Shown: positions 1-9,994, counted from the first letter of the whole stretch. The stretch: DNA of 62,349 nt, filler included, from Candidatus Woesearchaeota archaeon (GCA_047603125.1; 5 parts of 5 records of this genome joined end to end with filler, not necessarily neighbours in it); one strand, 5' to 3'. Made by a program: numbers and translations. The notes: generated from the letters alone by a model not told the origin.

Positions 1-2
1 CT

Positions 3-2351
3 ATAAATTCTTTTGTAGATTCAACAGATCCTTTAGCAGGCAATGCGCAAATTGATTTGGCGTATGAAGATCCGCGTTTGACATTTGGAAAAGATTTAGA
101 CATAGATTATTCGTATGATTGGCAATCTTGGGCAATTTATGAAAATTTTCGTGAATGGATGGAAACGGGCGCAGGCAATTTAAGTGGGGAGTTTGAGCAA
201 TTGTTTCAGAGAAAACCTTGTCAAGCGTTGACAAGCAATTGTGGTTGTACGGGTTATGATGTTCATATTACACCCGAACAAGAGTTACAGGAAATGAGAA
301 TAAATCGCCAAGATGTTGAAGGTGTGATTGAGCAAGCAGTTGAGAGGTTGCAAGATCAATTTGAAGATTGGAGAAATATAGAGTGTTCATATACAATTCA
401 AACTGGCGGACTTGAATTAAAAAATCAACTGAATGCATCTTGGATTGGGGTTGATCCTGGACCGGAATCTCCTCATGAAAAAACGTGGTTATTGAATCGG
501 TTGGATTCGGACGATACACAATATTATACTTATTCATTAATAAATACCATCGATGATTTCGATGGGGGTTCATGTAGACCTGCAGATTACCGTTCAAATG
601 ACGCGAGATATGAGGGTGCAATTTCCTTTGATTCATTTTATATTCCTGAAAATTTGGATGAAGATTTAGAGTGGACTGAAATTGGACTTGAAACGGTGAA
701 AACAACTTTTGACAATTTTTGTCAAAGCTTTGAAGGGGACGTCGTAATGGAGCAGCTTTCAATGGATAGACAAATTCATGTTGAATTTTCTGTTCAATGT
801 GTTGATACTGAGCAATTTGTTACGACAGAAAATGGTCTTGAGCCAGTTGGTGGTTCAATCTCGCTAATATATGCTATGGCTGAAATTTGTGAAAATCCCG
901 ATTATCATAATCATAGGGCTGATGGAAGAATTGAAATGCCAACTTGCGTCGATGGAGCTGAAGCAGAGCCTTTAGAATGTCTATTAGAATGTCCCGCCTG
1001 TCAAGAATGTGTATTTCGAGATGATGTTGATTTTGAAGTATTGCCAAGAGAAGATGAAGATGGCGTTTGGAGAGTTTATAGAGTTAATGAAGATGGTTCA
1101 ACGACACTTTTGAACCCTGAAGATGCTTACACTTGTTCAAATCAAGAAGAAGTTGATATGTGTTTGAGATACGAATTTGATCCTGTGAGTGGAGAACAAG
1201 TCTTAGTCTCAGATCCTTTAGATTATTCTTGTGGAACTTGTGTTGAAGGCTCAGATGGTTTGAATGCCTGTCAACCGGTAGAAAAAGCAGAAAACCGCTG
1301 TAAAGATTACATGGCTGTAGAAGGAAAAAGCTGTCTTGTTTGTGATGGAATACATATGGCTGCGCACGAAGCGTGTATACCTGGAGATAACGGTGTAGCT
1401 TTGGAGCTTGGTTTGATGTGTTCTGGAACTTTTACAGATGGCGATGAATTTGTTAGCGGTCCAGGTTTTTGTGGTTTTTGTAATTTTGATGGAACATGTA
1501 GTGATGAATCTGAAATTTCAGTACAAGAAGCTTTTGAAATAATTAATGAACGGCGAGTGAATGAAGGTGTAGTGAAACTTTCTGAAGAAACAATTTTTTC
1601 AAATGTTTGTGATCAGTGTCAAACTTGTGAGCTTCAAAACGTTTCAATTCCGGGAATAGTCACCTGTGTGGCGGATCCCGAACAAAATTATCGGGAAATA
1701 GTAAATGATAATGAGGGTAATTCTGTTCAGTGTCGAATGTGCTATAATGGTACGATTGCTATGTCTTTTCCAAATGCAACTCGATATGGTTGTTCGCTTT
1801 GTGACGTTTGTACAAATGAAGGAGTTTGTGGATATGTTCCGGGCTATTCAGAAAATGTTTCGAATGTTCGCGCATGCGGTGCTTGTGAAGTGTGTGGTCC
1901 CTCATCTGATGGCATAGGAACGGCTTGTCTTCCAAATTATGAGGTAAATAATAATACTTGTGACGGCCAAGGTCTTTGCAGGTGGTGCCAGGATGGTCAA
2001 TGTGTAGTACGAGAAGAAAATATTGGCGAAATTTGTGCAAGTAGTGGTCAGGAAGGTGATGGTGTGACAGTTTGTGAAAGAGTCTGCTCTGACGATGGCC
2101 AATGTAAAGATGGAAGTGCTACTCGGGGTGAAACTTGTATTCCTCGACAACAATTGATTAATTCAGGAAATACTTGTTTTGTTGAACACTATACCGTATG
2201 TACTGCGCAAGGAACGTGTACTTTTGGAATACCTGATGGGGCGAGATGCTGTTCTTCAGAAGTTTATGCGTTGGCGGGTCAGCAATGTTGTAAGCGACCA
2301 GATGGGACGTTTTATGCAAGTGCGGATTGTGCAGTTCAGGACACCAGCTAA
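3..2351 (+). CDS. Large acidic, cysteine-rich extracellular protein (5' partial)
   Basis: Frame is open from the window edge. The C-terminal half is packed with CxxC/CxxCxxC-G-C motifs (CQTCE, CSLCDVCTNEGVC, CGACEVC, CRWCQDGQC). Stop at 2349-2351. Confidence 0.75.
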   Translation: MNSFVDSTDPLAGNAQIDLAYEDPRLTFGKDLDIDYSYDWQSWAIYENFREWMETGAGNLSGEFEQLFQRKPCQALTSNCGCTGYDVHITPEQELQEMRINRQDVEGVIEQAVERLQDQFEDWRNIECSYTIQTGGLELKNQLNASWIGVDPGPESPHEKTWLLNRLDSDDTQYYTYSLINTIDDFDGGSCRPADYRSNDARYEGAISFDSFYIPENLDEDLEWTEIGLETVKTTFDNFCQSFEGDVVMEQLSMDRQIHVEFSVQCVDTEQFVTTENGLEPVGGSISLIYAMAEICENPDYHNHRADGRIEMPTCVDGAEAEPLECLLECPACQECVFRDDVDFEVLPREDEDGVWRVYRVNEDGSTTLLNPEDAYTCSNQEEVDMCLRYEFDPVSGEQVLVSDPLDYSCGTCVEGSDGLNACQPVEKAENRCKDYMAVEGKSCLVCDGIHMAAHEACIPGDNGVALELGLMCSGTFTDGDEFVSGPGFCGFCNFDGTCSDESEISVQEAFEIINERRVNEGVVKLSEETIFSNVCDQCQTCELQNVSIPGIVTCVADPEQNYREIVNDNEGNSVQCRMCYNGTIAMSFPNATRYGCSLCDVCTNEGVCGYVPGYSENVSNVRACGACEVCGPSSDGIGTACLPNYEVNNNTCDGQGLCRWCQDGQCVVREENIGEICASSGQEGDGVTVCERVCSDDGQCKDGSATRGETCIPRQQLINSGNTCFVEHYTVCTAQGTCTFGIPDGARCCSSEVYALAGQQCCKRPDGTFYASADCAVQDTS

Positions 2352-2360
2352 CGCTAAACA

Positions 2361-2368
2361 TTTTTAAA
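2361..2368 (+). promoter_or_regulatory. TATA box of minD (leaderless-type spacing)
   Basis: TTTTTAAA preceded by A-rich BRE-like sequence, ending 23 nt before ATG 2392; the same spacing recurs at many genes. Confidence 0.55.
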
Positions 2369-2391
2369 TTTAAACATCTTTTTTTATCTTT

Positions 2392-3156
2392 ATGACATAT
2401 ATTTTAGCAGTTGCCAGTGCAAAAGGTGGTGTTGGAAAAACAACAACGGCCATAAATCTGACAAGTGCGCTCATTGAATTTGGCAGGCATGCGATTTTAG
2501 TTGATGGTTGTTTACAAAAACCAAATATTGGATTATACTTAGGCATTCAAACACAAAAAACTATGCATTCTGCACTACGGGGAGTACATTCTGTTTCTGA
2601 GTCCATTGTCAGACATGCAAGTGGTATTCCTGTTATTATAGGAAAGCTCAATTCAAAACAAAGTTTTACTAAAACTCATGTGTCTGAGGCATTAACAGAA
2701 CTGTTGACAAAAACAGAACTTGTTATTGTAGATACGCCTCCGACACTTGAACCATCGACACAGGATGTTTTGTATTCGTGTGATGGTGTACTTTTAATTA
2801 CGAGTCAAGATATTTTATCAGTAACAGACACGCTAAAGACTGCCCAATTTGCTCGTGCACATGGAAAACAAATATTAGGTGTTGTTGTGACACACACCTA
2901 TAAACAAGATACAGATATAACGCTTCAAAGCATTGCTGCAACATTGGATACACAAGTTGTGGCTGAAATACCGTATGATAGAAAACTTCATGATTCACTT
3001 AAAAAACGTCATCCTATACTATATATTGATGATGGTGCACCTTCAGCAATTGCATACAAAAAATTGGCTGCAAATCTTATCGGACAAACATATGAACCTA
3101 GTATCTCAAAAAAGAATTTCTTACAATTTATTTTGCAACACTTTTATCGAAAATAA
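2392..3156 (+). CDS. minD: MinD/ParA-family ATPase (archaeal MinD)
   Basis: Deviant Walker A KGGVGKTT, IVDTPP, and a C-terminal APSAIAYKKLAA segment typical of archaeal MinD. Confidence 0.85.
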   Translation: MTYILAVASAKGGVGKTTTAINLTSALIEFGRHAILVDGCLQKPNIGLYLGIQTQKTMHSALRGVHSVSESIVRHASGIPVIIGKLNSKQSFTKTHVSEALTELLTKTELVIVDTPPTLEPSTQDVLYSCDGVLLITSQDILSVTDTLKTAQFARAHGKQILGVVVTHTYKQDTDITLQSIAATLDTQVVAEIPYDRKLHDSLKKRHPILYIDDGAPSAIAYKKLAANLIGQTYEPSISKKNFLQFILQHFYRK

Positions 3157-3623
3157 GTCTCACCAATTTTTTCTAAGTGGCGCTTTGCTTGTTTATAATA
3201 CTCGGTAATAGAGTCAATAGTAATTTCATGTGTTTCCCCTGTTGGAAAAACAGCTTTCATTGTTACATGGCGTCGAAATTCTCGCTCACTTGTGTATTGT
3301 GCATTATTGAATTGGCGCATGAGTATGTAAAAATCAACAGTATCGAGTAGAATATCGTCATCAGCATAAATTTTTCGAATGAGATTGAGTTTTGCACCCG
3401 GTGCAGTTGGGAGTTCATAGATTTTTCGTTCTTTTTCTGCTCGTCGAAGAAATTCATCCCAAATAAAATCAAATGTTGATATAAGTCGTGCGATAATATT
3501 TCGTATAACATCAACTGTTCGTGTATACTTGAGACTGACATAGATAAGGTGATCAACTCTGCGAAGCTCATATTGAGCTTGCTCATATGCATCCGCATCC
3601 TCAGGTAAATGTTCAGACATCAT
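3144..3623 (-). CDS. Conserved hypothetical protein
   Basis: 159-aa ORF overlapping its upstream neighbour in an operon; ELRRVDHLIYVSLKYTRT helical (HEPN-like) character. Confidence 0.7.
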   Translation of the reverse strand: MMSEHLPEDADAYEQAQYELRRVDHLIYVSLKYTRTVDVIRNIIARLISTFDFIWDEFLRRAEKERKIYELPTAPGAKLNLIRKIYADDDILLDTVDFYILMRQFNNAQYTSEREFRRHVTMKAVFPTGETHEITIDSITEYYKQAKRHLEKIGETYFR

Positions 3624-4086
3624 GGTGAATAATTTGCTCCATTTTTTTTAATACTTGCTTTGCATCCAAAATAAATTCTCGAATACGCGGCGCATTAATT
3701 TTTTCAACTCCGTATTCTGTGTCGCACATGATATATTGATTATCGCGTGTGAACTCGACCGGTGCTTGTTTGTGAAATGTGATGAGTTGTTGTAATTTAT
3801 CTATAAATGTGACATCTTTTTTTGGAATTTTATGCATAGGGACAATTTTGAGCTGAAACATATTAAATTTTGATTCAAATGTTGTGTGAAACGGAGGTAT
3901 GGTGCGCTTTTTTCTTTCAAAGTGCAGTATTGCACCTACAGTATTTGTCATGCATAAAAATAAATGATCTAAACAGGTAAGCAAAATTTTTGGTTCGTTG
4001 ATAGCAGGATAGGTGACAGTGAGCATGTGCTCACATGCTTTTATATAATAATGGGCCTTTTCCAGGCATTCTTGATATTTCTCCAT
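3613..4086 (-). CDS. Conserved hypothetical protein
   Basis: 157-aa ORF, GAGGT SD-like sequence upstream, tightly coupled to NAC. Confidence 0.7.
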   Translation of the reverse strand: MEKYQECLEKAHYYIKACEHMLTVTYPAINEPKILLTCLDHLFLCMTNTVGAILHFERKKRTIPPFHTTFESKFNMFQLKIVPMHKIPKKDVTFIDKLQQLITFHKQAPVEFTRDNQYIMCDTEYGVEKINAPRIREFILDAKQVLKKMEQIIHHDV

Positions 4087-4089
4087 AAA

Positions 4090-4425
4090 TTACCTCTCAG
4101 CTAACGTGAGAATTGCTTGAGCAAGATCCCCATTTGCGTCTTGGATTGCTTGAATAGCATCGTCTCGACTAACATTTGCTTGCTCCATAACTGTTTGTAT
4201 ATCATCATTTGTGATTTTAATAACTTGCTCTTCTTGAATTGGTGTTCCGACAATCTGGTATGTATCTTGCCCACTCATAGTCATCTTAGAAACTTGTGGA
4301 TTTTCAAATATGAGCGTTCCTTGAGACGTTTCCATAATAATTTTTGAAACCTCAAGTTCGTCCTGAGAGATGCCCATACTGCGCATCATTTTCTGTACTT
4401 GTTTTGAATTTAGATTGGGCATCAT
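4090..4425 (-). CDS. nac: Nascent polypeptide-associated complex protein (archaeal NAC)
   Basis: KQVQKMMRSMGI NAC domain plus C-terminal UBA-like DIQTVMEQANVSRDDAIQAIQDANGDLAQAIL. Confidence 0.92.
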   Translation of the reverse strand: MMPNLNSKQVQKMMRSMGISQDELEVSKIIMETSQGTLIFENPQVSKMTMSGQDTYQIVGTPIQEEQVIKITNDDIQTVMEQANVSRDDAIQAIQDANGDLAQAILTLAER

Positions 4426-4433
4426 TTTTGACA

Positions 4434-4625
4434 CTATTGCATGAGATGGCTAATCCCAAAAATTTGATTTCCAAATAAATGTAAGAGAGCAACAAGTAAA
4501 ATAACAAGCAACAAAAATACAATAATATGTGTTGGCTGAAGTTTGATTAAACTCTTATCATCAACATTATACCGAGTCAGACCCCCCATTCCTGAAGGCA
4601 TTTGGATGTTGTTATTTTTTGCCAT
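4434..4625 (-). CDS. secG: Preprotein translocase subunit Sec61beta
   Basis: MPSGMGGLTRY motif followed by LQP and a single TM helix. Confidence 0.85.
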   Translation of the reverse strand: MAKNNNIQMPSGMGGLTRYNVDDKSLIKLQPTHIIVFLLLVILLVALLHLFGNQIFGISHLMQ

Positions 4626-4689
4626 TTATGTAGGGAAGTGTTTCCCATTTAAATAGTTTTATATGAATATCGGTGTGATTTTCCCATTG

Positions 4690-4815
4690 AGAATTCGCCT
4701 TTTTTGTGAGGTGTGCAAAAACCCTTCTCTTGAGAGTGGGATGCCTAAAAAATCAGTCAGTTTTCAGGATTTGAAAAACAATATGTTTTTCATTTAAAAG
4801 CAAACGACGAATTCT
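4690..4815 (+). repeat. Structured element family A, copy 1 (IS200/IS605-hairpin-containing)
   Basis: Closing IR AGAATTCG/CGAATTCT encloses three hairpins; collinear with 25509-25637 (shared GTGAG...GGGATRCCTA.AAAA...GTTTTC.GGATTTGAAAAAC...TGTTTTTCA). Confidence 0.75.
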
Positions 4816-4818
4816 AAA

Positions 4819-4885
4819 TATAATGCGGCGATTTTTGAACAGTGGTTCATTTTGCAAAATTCTGATTATACACCTAGGCATTATA
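4819..4885 (+). repeat. Structured element family B, short copy
   Basis: TATAATGC-GGCG...AACAG..GTTCATTTTGC.AAATTCTGATTAT.CACC-TAG-GCATTATA; homologous to 7823-7922 and to the reverse complement of 23211-23306. Confidence 0.75.
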
Positions 4886-4922
4886 ATTTGTAATTGTTGT
4901 TAACTAAATCAGCGTGCTCTTT

Positions 4923-6302
4923 TTAATTGCGTATTCGTTTGACGCCATCAATAAAAACAAGAATACTCAGCGCTACTGCAAGCAGGAAAAAAGGTATTGC
5001 CACATAAAAAGACAGGACTGTTTCTCGAAATAAAAGCAAAATTGTTGCGCTGACAAGCAATGCTCCAAATAAAATGCCGTATGTGAGTTTGATAACCATT
5101 GTTTCGAGTTTTTCAATCATTTCTTTGATAGTTTGGTAATGAATCTGTTCAACCTGCTGTGCGTTTTTTTCTGTTTTCATATGTGTGTCCTTTTTTGGAA
5201 TTTGAATGTGTAAATCTTTTTGTACGAGCGCATCATAGAGAGATTTTGCAATATTTTGGTGGGTTTGACGTTCTGCTTGATCTAAAAATCGCGCAAATTC
5301 TCGTAAATCGTCATTTTTTGCATGTGTGAAGACGAGTTGTGTGAAAAAAGTTATGGGGGCATTCTCTGGATCAGTGTCTTGAAAAAACCGCGAAATTTGC
5401 GATTCTATCTTTGTCGCTTGAGTATGGCTTAAATGCTGACCTTGACAGAGTAACTGAAGGAGGTGGTGCGGGTGCTTGAGAAGATATGCAAGAATAACTT
5501 CTTCAATATAGGAAATGTGTGTCGTTTTTGTTACTTGGTGCACTATGGGTATCTGTTGATTTTGATGACGTTGCCAGTACATATGTGTTGGAATAATCCT
5601 GTGTTTGAAGCATTGATGGAAGATATCTGTTAAAATTGGCGTCTTTTTTTTAGACGATGAGAGTGTATAGGTGATAGCATGTCGTTTTGCTTTTTTTGTG
5701 TCAAATTTGACAGTGTCTGTGTAGAGTTTTTGAATAATTCCTACTTGGCGCGTGAGTAGTTTTGGTAGTGCAAGTAAAAAGTCGTGCACGAGTTTTGTAA
5801 GGCGAATATGGGACAGTGATTGATAAGAGTCCAATAAATGTGCAAAATCAATAAGAAATTGCGCGTGAACATCTAGTTCGTGCATCAAATCGGGTCGTGG
5901 AATGATAATATAGCGTGTTTGATTCTTGTCCCGTACTTGGTATGTTGCCGTGTACATGTCATTTTGGAGCAATGTTGCTTTTTTTCCTTTAATGCTTGTA
6001 TATCGAAATGTTGGAATAGTATCAAAGTTTTTGACTTTTGAGGGTGTTTGTTTACGAATATACTCTTCATCTTCTTGTATAAAGATTCCTTGCTCGCTCA
6101 AGTAGTATAATACAGCCTCGTACAGTGGACCCATTTGTTGGGAAACGCGAACGAGACGGTATGAGAGTGGCTTTTGTCGATTAAATAAAAGTGAGATTTT
6201 CTCTTTAAATGATGGAATTTCTACTAAACCAATTCTGGTCAACTCTTTTGCAAAACCCTCGTCGATAAGAATGTCGCTAAATTTTTGATGAATATGTTTC
6301 AT
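4923..6302 (-). CDS. Degenerate AarF/UbiB (ABC1) kinase-like membrane protein
   Basis: RLVRVSQQMGPLY and YQVRDKNQTRYIIIPRPDL resemble ABC1 N-terminal motifs; two C-terminal TM helices; catalytic motifs not recognisable. Confidence 0.5.
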   Translation of the reverse strand: MKHIHQKFSDILIDEGFAKELTRIGLVEIPSFKEKISLLFNRQKPLSYRLVRVSQQMGPLYEAVLYYLSEQGIFIQEDEEYIRKQTPSKVKNFDTIPTFRYTSIKGKKATLLQNDMYTATYQVRDKNQTRYIIIPRPDLMHELDVHAQFLIDFAHLLDSYQSLSHIRLTKLVHDFLLALPKLLTRQVGIIQKLYTDTVKFDTKKAKRHAITYTLSSSKKKTPILTDIFHQCFKHRIIPTHMYWQRHQNQQIPIVHQVTKTTHISYIEEVILAYLLKHPHHLLQLLCQGQHLSHTQATKIESQISRFFQDTDPENAPITFFTQLVFTHAKNDDLREFARFLDQAERQTHQNIAKSLYDALVQKDLHIQIPKKDTHMKTEKNAQQVEQIHYQTIKEMIEKLETMVIKLTYGILFGALLVSATILLLFRETVLSFYVAIPFFLLAVALSILVFIDGVKRIRN

Positions 6303-6412
6303 AAAACCCCCTTTTGAGTATTTTGAGGATTGCAAATTTATAAATGTTCAGTATCTAAAAAGACCACTTATGAGTAGTAACCTTTAAATATGGCTTCGTA
6401 TTTCCCTTTTTT

Positions 6413-6685
6413 ATGGAAACACACGGTGTATCGTTTATTGTATTTGTATTTGCGCTCATATCACAAGTATTATTCTTTTCTTATGCGATGAGTGATTCGG
6501 TTGATCTTATTGGTAATCAATCGCAAGAAGCAGTACAGTGCGCACTTGCAGCACAGTCCATTGAACGATGCTCGCCAGGTTTTTTTGATACGTATGAGAA
6601 TCTTGATAAAACACGTGATGAATATTTAGCTTTCTTAGAAACAACGGAGAAGTCTCTTCAGTCTGTTTTAGATTCGGTAGAGTAG
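6413..6685 (+). CDS. Small hypothetical membrane/secreted protein
   Basis: N-terminal hydrophobic helix; TTTAAATA box about 25 nt upstream. Confidence 0.6.
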   Translation: METHGVSFIVFVFALISQVLFFSYAMSDSVDLIGNQSQEAVQCALAAQSIERCSPGFFDTYENLDKTRDEYLAFLETTEKSLQSVLDSVE

Positions 6686-7158
6686 GTCTTACTTGCAAGC
6701 GTATTACTCTGCCAATTTAGTTGATGCCAAAACAAGTCGCGTTTTTGAGGATATATTTCTAGTATGGTCTCTAATTTTTCAACAATATCGTCACAAAATT
6801 CGTGAAAGTCTCTTTTTGTTACAAGGTTTTGCCAATAATCACGTCTTTTTGCGCGAACCTTACTAGATTCACTTAGAAAAAATTGGCTTTTATGCATATC
6901 TCCGGGAACAAAGCGAAAGTCAAGAAAACGAGGATAATCAAATTGAAGATGTTGATCAGTGTGAACACTTAAGACAATTTCATTTTTACCAACGTGTAAA
7001 TTTCTTCGTGACATGTGCCCTGTTTGAAATTCAGTAAGTGGGCAAAATAAGATATTTAGGCGTGTTGTTGGCCAAGCATGTGATGTTCCAAAATACTGTG
7101 ATTGTTTAATTCTTTCGCGCAAATATTCTCGACAATATCTTCGTGCTTGCTGATACAT
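6658..7158 (-). CDS. Hypothetical protein
   Basis: 166-aa ORF downstream of the CYTH gene; no recognisable motif. Confidence 0.55.
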   Translation of the reverse strand: MYQQARRYCREYLRERIKQSQYFGTSHAWPTTRLNILFCPLTEFQTGHMSRRNLHVGKNEIVLSVHTDQHLQFDYPRFLDFRFVPGDMHKSQFFLSESSKVRAKRRDYWQNLVTKRDFHEFCDDIVEKLETILEIYPQKRDLFWHQLNWQSNTLASKTYSTESKTD

Positions 7159-7222
7159 GCGTCTGAGATTTTATTTGGATTTATAAAAATATGGCTGCTA
7201 TATGTTCTATTTTTTTCAAAGT

Positions 7223-7750
7223 CTAGACCAACGATTTCCAGTTTTCTTTGTAGTATTGATACTTTTTTGCAAATTCTTCTTTTGGAGTTATTGCAACATC
7301 TAAGGAGAGAAGTTTTTCTTTGAGTTTTGCAAACTCTTGCTCTTTTGTCTCTTCTGTGCACATTTTTTCAAGCTCGATGACATACCCGTACCCTCGAGTA
7401 AAATCCAAACACACAGTGCAATCATCCCATGCAAATTCAAAACGCTTGCGAAACCACTTTATTTCCACCGAATAACCTAAAGAGATAAATAATCTTTCCA
7501 ATGACTCAAATTGGTTTGTATCACATTTAATTTCTATTTCTTCTCTATGATCGTCATGGATTTTTCCTTTTTTCATCCAAATTTTTGAGAAAAAATCATT
7601 TTTTTGAATTCGTAAATCTTGCTCGCCATCAAAATAAAATGTTTCTTGATTATCTTCTTTGACAAGTGTTGCATTTTTGGTAAAAAAATCAAGTAATTGT
7701 TCATACTTTTCTTTTGAAAGAAAACTTCGAATTTCTGCTTCGATATTCAT
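7223..7750 (-). CDS. CYTH domain protein (class IV adenylate cyclase/triphosphate tunnel)
   Basis: N-terminal ExExR (IEAEIR), QETFYF, LRI, GYGYVIELE. Confidence 0.85.
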   Translation of the reverse strand: MNIEAEIRSFLSKEKYEQLLDFFTKNATLVKEDNQETFYFDGEQDLRIQKNDFFSKIWMKKGKIHDDHREEIEIKCDTNQFESLERLFISLGYSVEIKWFRKRFEFAWDDCTVCLDFTRGYGYVIELEKMCTEETKEQEFAKLKEKLLSLDVAITPKEEFAKKYQYYKENWKSLV

Positions 7751-7822
7751 AGTGGTGCAAAGAAAAGCAATGTTATAAATGTTATGTTTGAAAGCAATTT
7801 TTTAAATTTGTTCCAATGTTTC

Positions 7823-7922
7823 GTGATGCTATTACGGCGTTCTTGTGACAGTTGTCATTTTGCGAAATTTTCGCTGCATAAATCGCTCAATTTCTGATTA
7901 TGCGCCAAGGTAATAGTATCAC
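7823..7922 (+). repeat. Structured element family B copy
   Basis: 13-bp closing stem GTGATGCTATTAC/GTAATAGTATCAC (one G-U), GGCG/CGCC helix, AAG bulge, internal TGACAGTTGTCA hairpin, GCTGCA, TTCTGATT. Confidence 0.8.
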
Positions 7923-8004
7923 ATACCTGTATTTTAAGCTGTTGTGTTTGATTTCATAATCACTCATAAAAACCCTTAAAAAGGGAAACACCCTAAATCA
8001 TGTT

Positions 8005-9342
8005 ATGAGCGTTTTTCATTCCTATGACATTCGAGGACTATATCCTGAGCAAATAACACCAAGCTTTGCCTACAAGCTTGCATGTGCGTATGCTGACCAA
8101 TATTTACCAAAAACAATGGTAGTCGCCCATGACACAAGAAATGGAACAAAACAAATAACACAATCACTCGTTGATGGTTTTATAGATTCGGGTGTAAAAG
8201 TAACAACAATTGGACTTGCAACAACGCCGCAATTTTATTTTGCAATCAATCACTTTAACACAGATGGTGGTATTATCGTTACTGCTTCTCATAATCCAAA
8301 AGAATATTTAGGCTTTAAGATTTGTAAAGAAAAAGCTATTCCAATAGGCTACGATACAGGGTTAGATAAATTAGAAAAACGCATGCAAACTATGGCATTT
8401 CCACGAACACCAGAAGTAAAAGGAGAGCTGCATACAAAAAGTGTGCATAAAGAATATTTAGATTTTCTTCTTCCATTTGCAAGCTCCATTCAACCAATAA
8501 AAGCTGCGTTTGACCCAGGAAATGGGACAATTGGAGTCGTTCTTCCATACTTACTTGAGAATATTGAAATGGATTCGCAGATTATTCATGAAAAACCAAA
8601 TGGTAATTTTCCTAATCGCTCACCAAATCCGTTTGAGCCAGAAGCGCTTAAAAAAATTCAAGCATACGTGCACGAACAAAATGCTCAAATTGGCTTTGCA
8701 TATGACGGAGATGGAGATAGAGTGGTAGTTTTAGATGAGCACGGAGATGTTATTCCGCCTTCGGCAACATTTTTGATGATTTGCGGTTCACTCATTGATT
8801 CTCAAATAGCACAAGAAGAATTATTTTTACATGATTTACGAATGAGCGCATTTGTTCCAGAATGGTTAAAGTCAAAAGGATTTTCTACAGATGTGACGCG
8901 TGTTGGTCACACACACATAAAGACGGCGATGCGAAAAACAAATGCAATTTGTGCTGGTGAGCAATCGGGTCATTATTATTTTCGGGATGCTTTTTATACG
9001 GACAATGCGCTGCTTGCAACAATTCATATTTTACGCTATGTCAGTGTACGCCATCAACCAGTAAGCCAGTTAGTGGAGGAGTTAATTCGATACGAGAGTA
9101 GTGGTGAGGTGAATCTTCGTGTCAATGATACAAAAAGAGCAATTTCTGTTGTTGAGGATTCCTTTGTTCAAGCAAAAAAAGTGTTAAAATTGGATGGGAT
9201 TTCCTTGTATTTTGATGATCATTGGTTTAATGTTCGCGCATCAAATACTGAGCCATTGCTGCGTATAAATGTTGAGGCAGACGATGAGCAGATTCTCGAG
9301 AAAACGCTTCACCAGCTCAAAGATTTACTCCATGATTGTTAA
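8005..9342 (+). CDS. Phosphomannomutase/phosphoglucomutase
   Basis: YDIRG, TASHNP (phospho-Ser), DGDGDR (metal binding), GEQSGH, RASNTEP. Confidence 0.95.
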   Translation: MSVFHSYDIRGLYPEQITPSFAYKLACAYADQYLPKTMVVAHDTRNGTKQITQSLVDGFIDSGVKVTTIGLATTPQFYFAINHFNTDGGIIVTASHNPKEYLGFKICKEKAIPIGYDTGLDKLEKRMQTMAFPRTPEVKGELHTKSVHKEYLDFLLPFASSIQPIKAAFDPGNGTIGVVLPYLLENIEMDSQIIHEKPNGNFPNRSPNPFEPEALKKIQAYVHEQNAQIGFAYDGDGDRVVVLDEHGDVIPPSATFLMICGSLIDSQIAQEELFLHDLRMSAFVPEWLKSKGFSTDVTRVGHTHIKTAMRKTNAICAGEQSGHYYFRDAFYTDNALLATIHILRYVSVRHQPVSQLVEELIRYESSGEVNLRVNDTKRAISVVEDSFVQAKKVLKLDGISLYFDDHWFNVRASNTEPLLRINVEADDEQILEKTLHQLKDLLHDC

Positions 9343-9476
9343 GGAATTAATCTTATAAGATGGAACATACAACAATATCCTAGTTTTAAAAAACATGCTC
9401 TTTTACACAGCTATTCGGCCTTATTTTCAAGAAAAACACCGCAATCTTTTTAAGTATAAATGACGTATACATACGT

Positions 9477-9662
9477 ATGACTGCTACAACAATGATTCGG
9501 ATAAGCACCCAAACAAGAGAAAAGCTTAAAGAAATGGGCAGAATGGGAGAAACATACGACGATGTTATTTCTCGACTGCACGAGAAAGTCTTTAACAAAA
9601 AGGCAGAAAAAGAGATGATGGACTTATCTGATTGTATTTTAGTTGAGGATATGCAGTGGTAA
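9477..9662 (+). CDS. Putative antitoxin (small RHH-like)
   Basis: TMIRISTQTREKLKEMGRMGETYDDVISRL with an acidic C-terminus; overlaps the downstream toxin-like gene. Confidence 0.7.
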   Translation: MTATTMIRISTQTREKLKEMGRMGETYDDVISRLHEKVFNKKAEKEMMDLSDCILVEDMQW

Positions 9663-9994
9663 TTGTAGCTATCACTCAAGACCTAGATAAAGAGCTAAAA
9701 AAACGTCTTGATAAAAATACATACTATAAAATTAAAGATCTTTTTATGTCTTTGAAAAAAGACCCTTACAAAGGAGACGTTTTACATGTGCTTGGAAATG
9801 TGATTCTCAAAGAAATTAAATTCAAGACATTTCGATTTTATTTTCTTACTTCAAACAATTTAATTAAATTTGTTGCATGCAATAATTTAGAAAAAGAGCT
9901 TATTAAATTCATTCGCATGTCAAAAAAGAATGACCAACAACATGTCATTAATGACATCTTAAACAAGTTAAAAAAAGACAAAGACCATTTTTGA
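9656..9994 (+). CDS. Putative RelE/ParE-like toxin
   Basis: Basic 112-aa protein with LKKDPYKGD and KEIKFKTFRFYF; paired with an upstream small gene. Confidence 0.6.
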   Translation: MVIVAITQDLDKELKKRLDKNTYYKIKDLFMSLKKDPYKGDVLHVLGNVILKEIKFKTFRFYFLTSNNLIKFVACNNLEKELIKFIRMSKKNDQQHVINDILNKLKKDKDHF

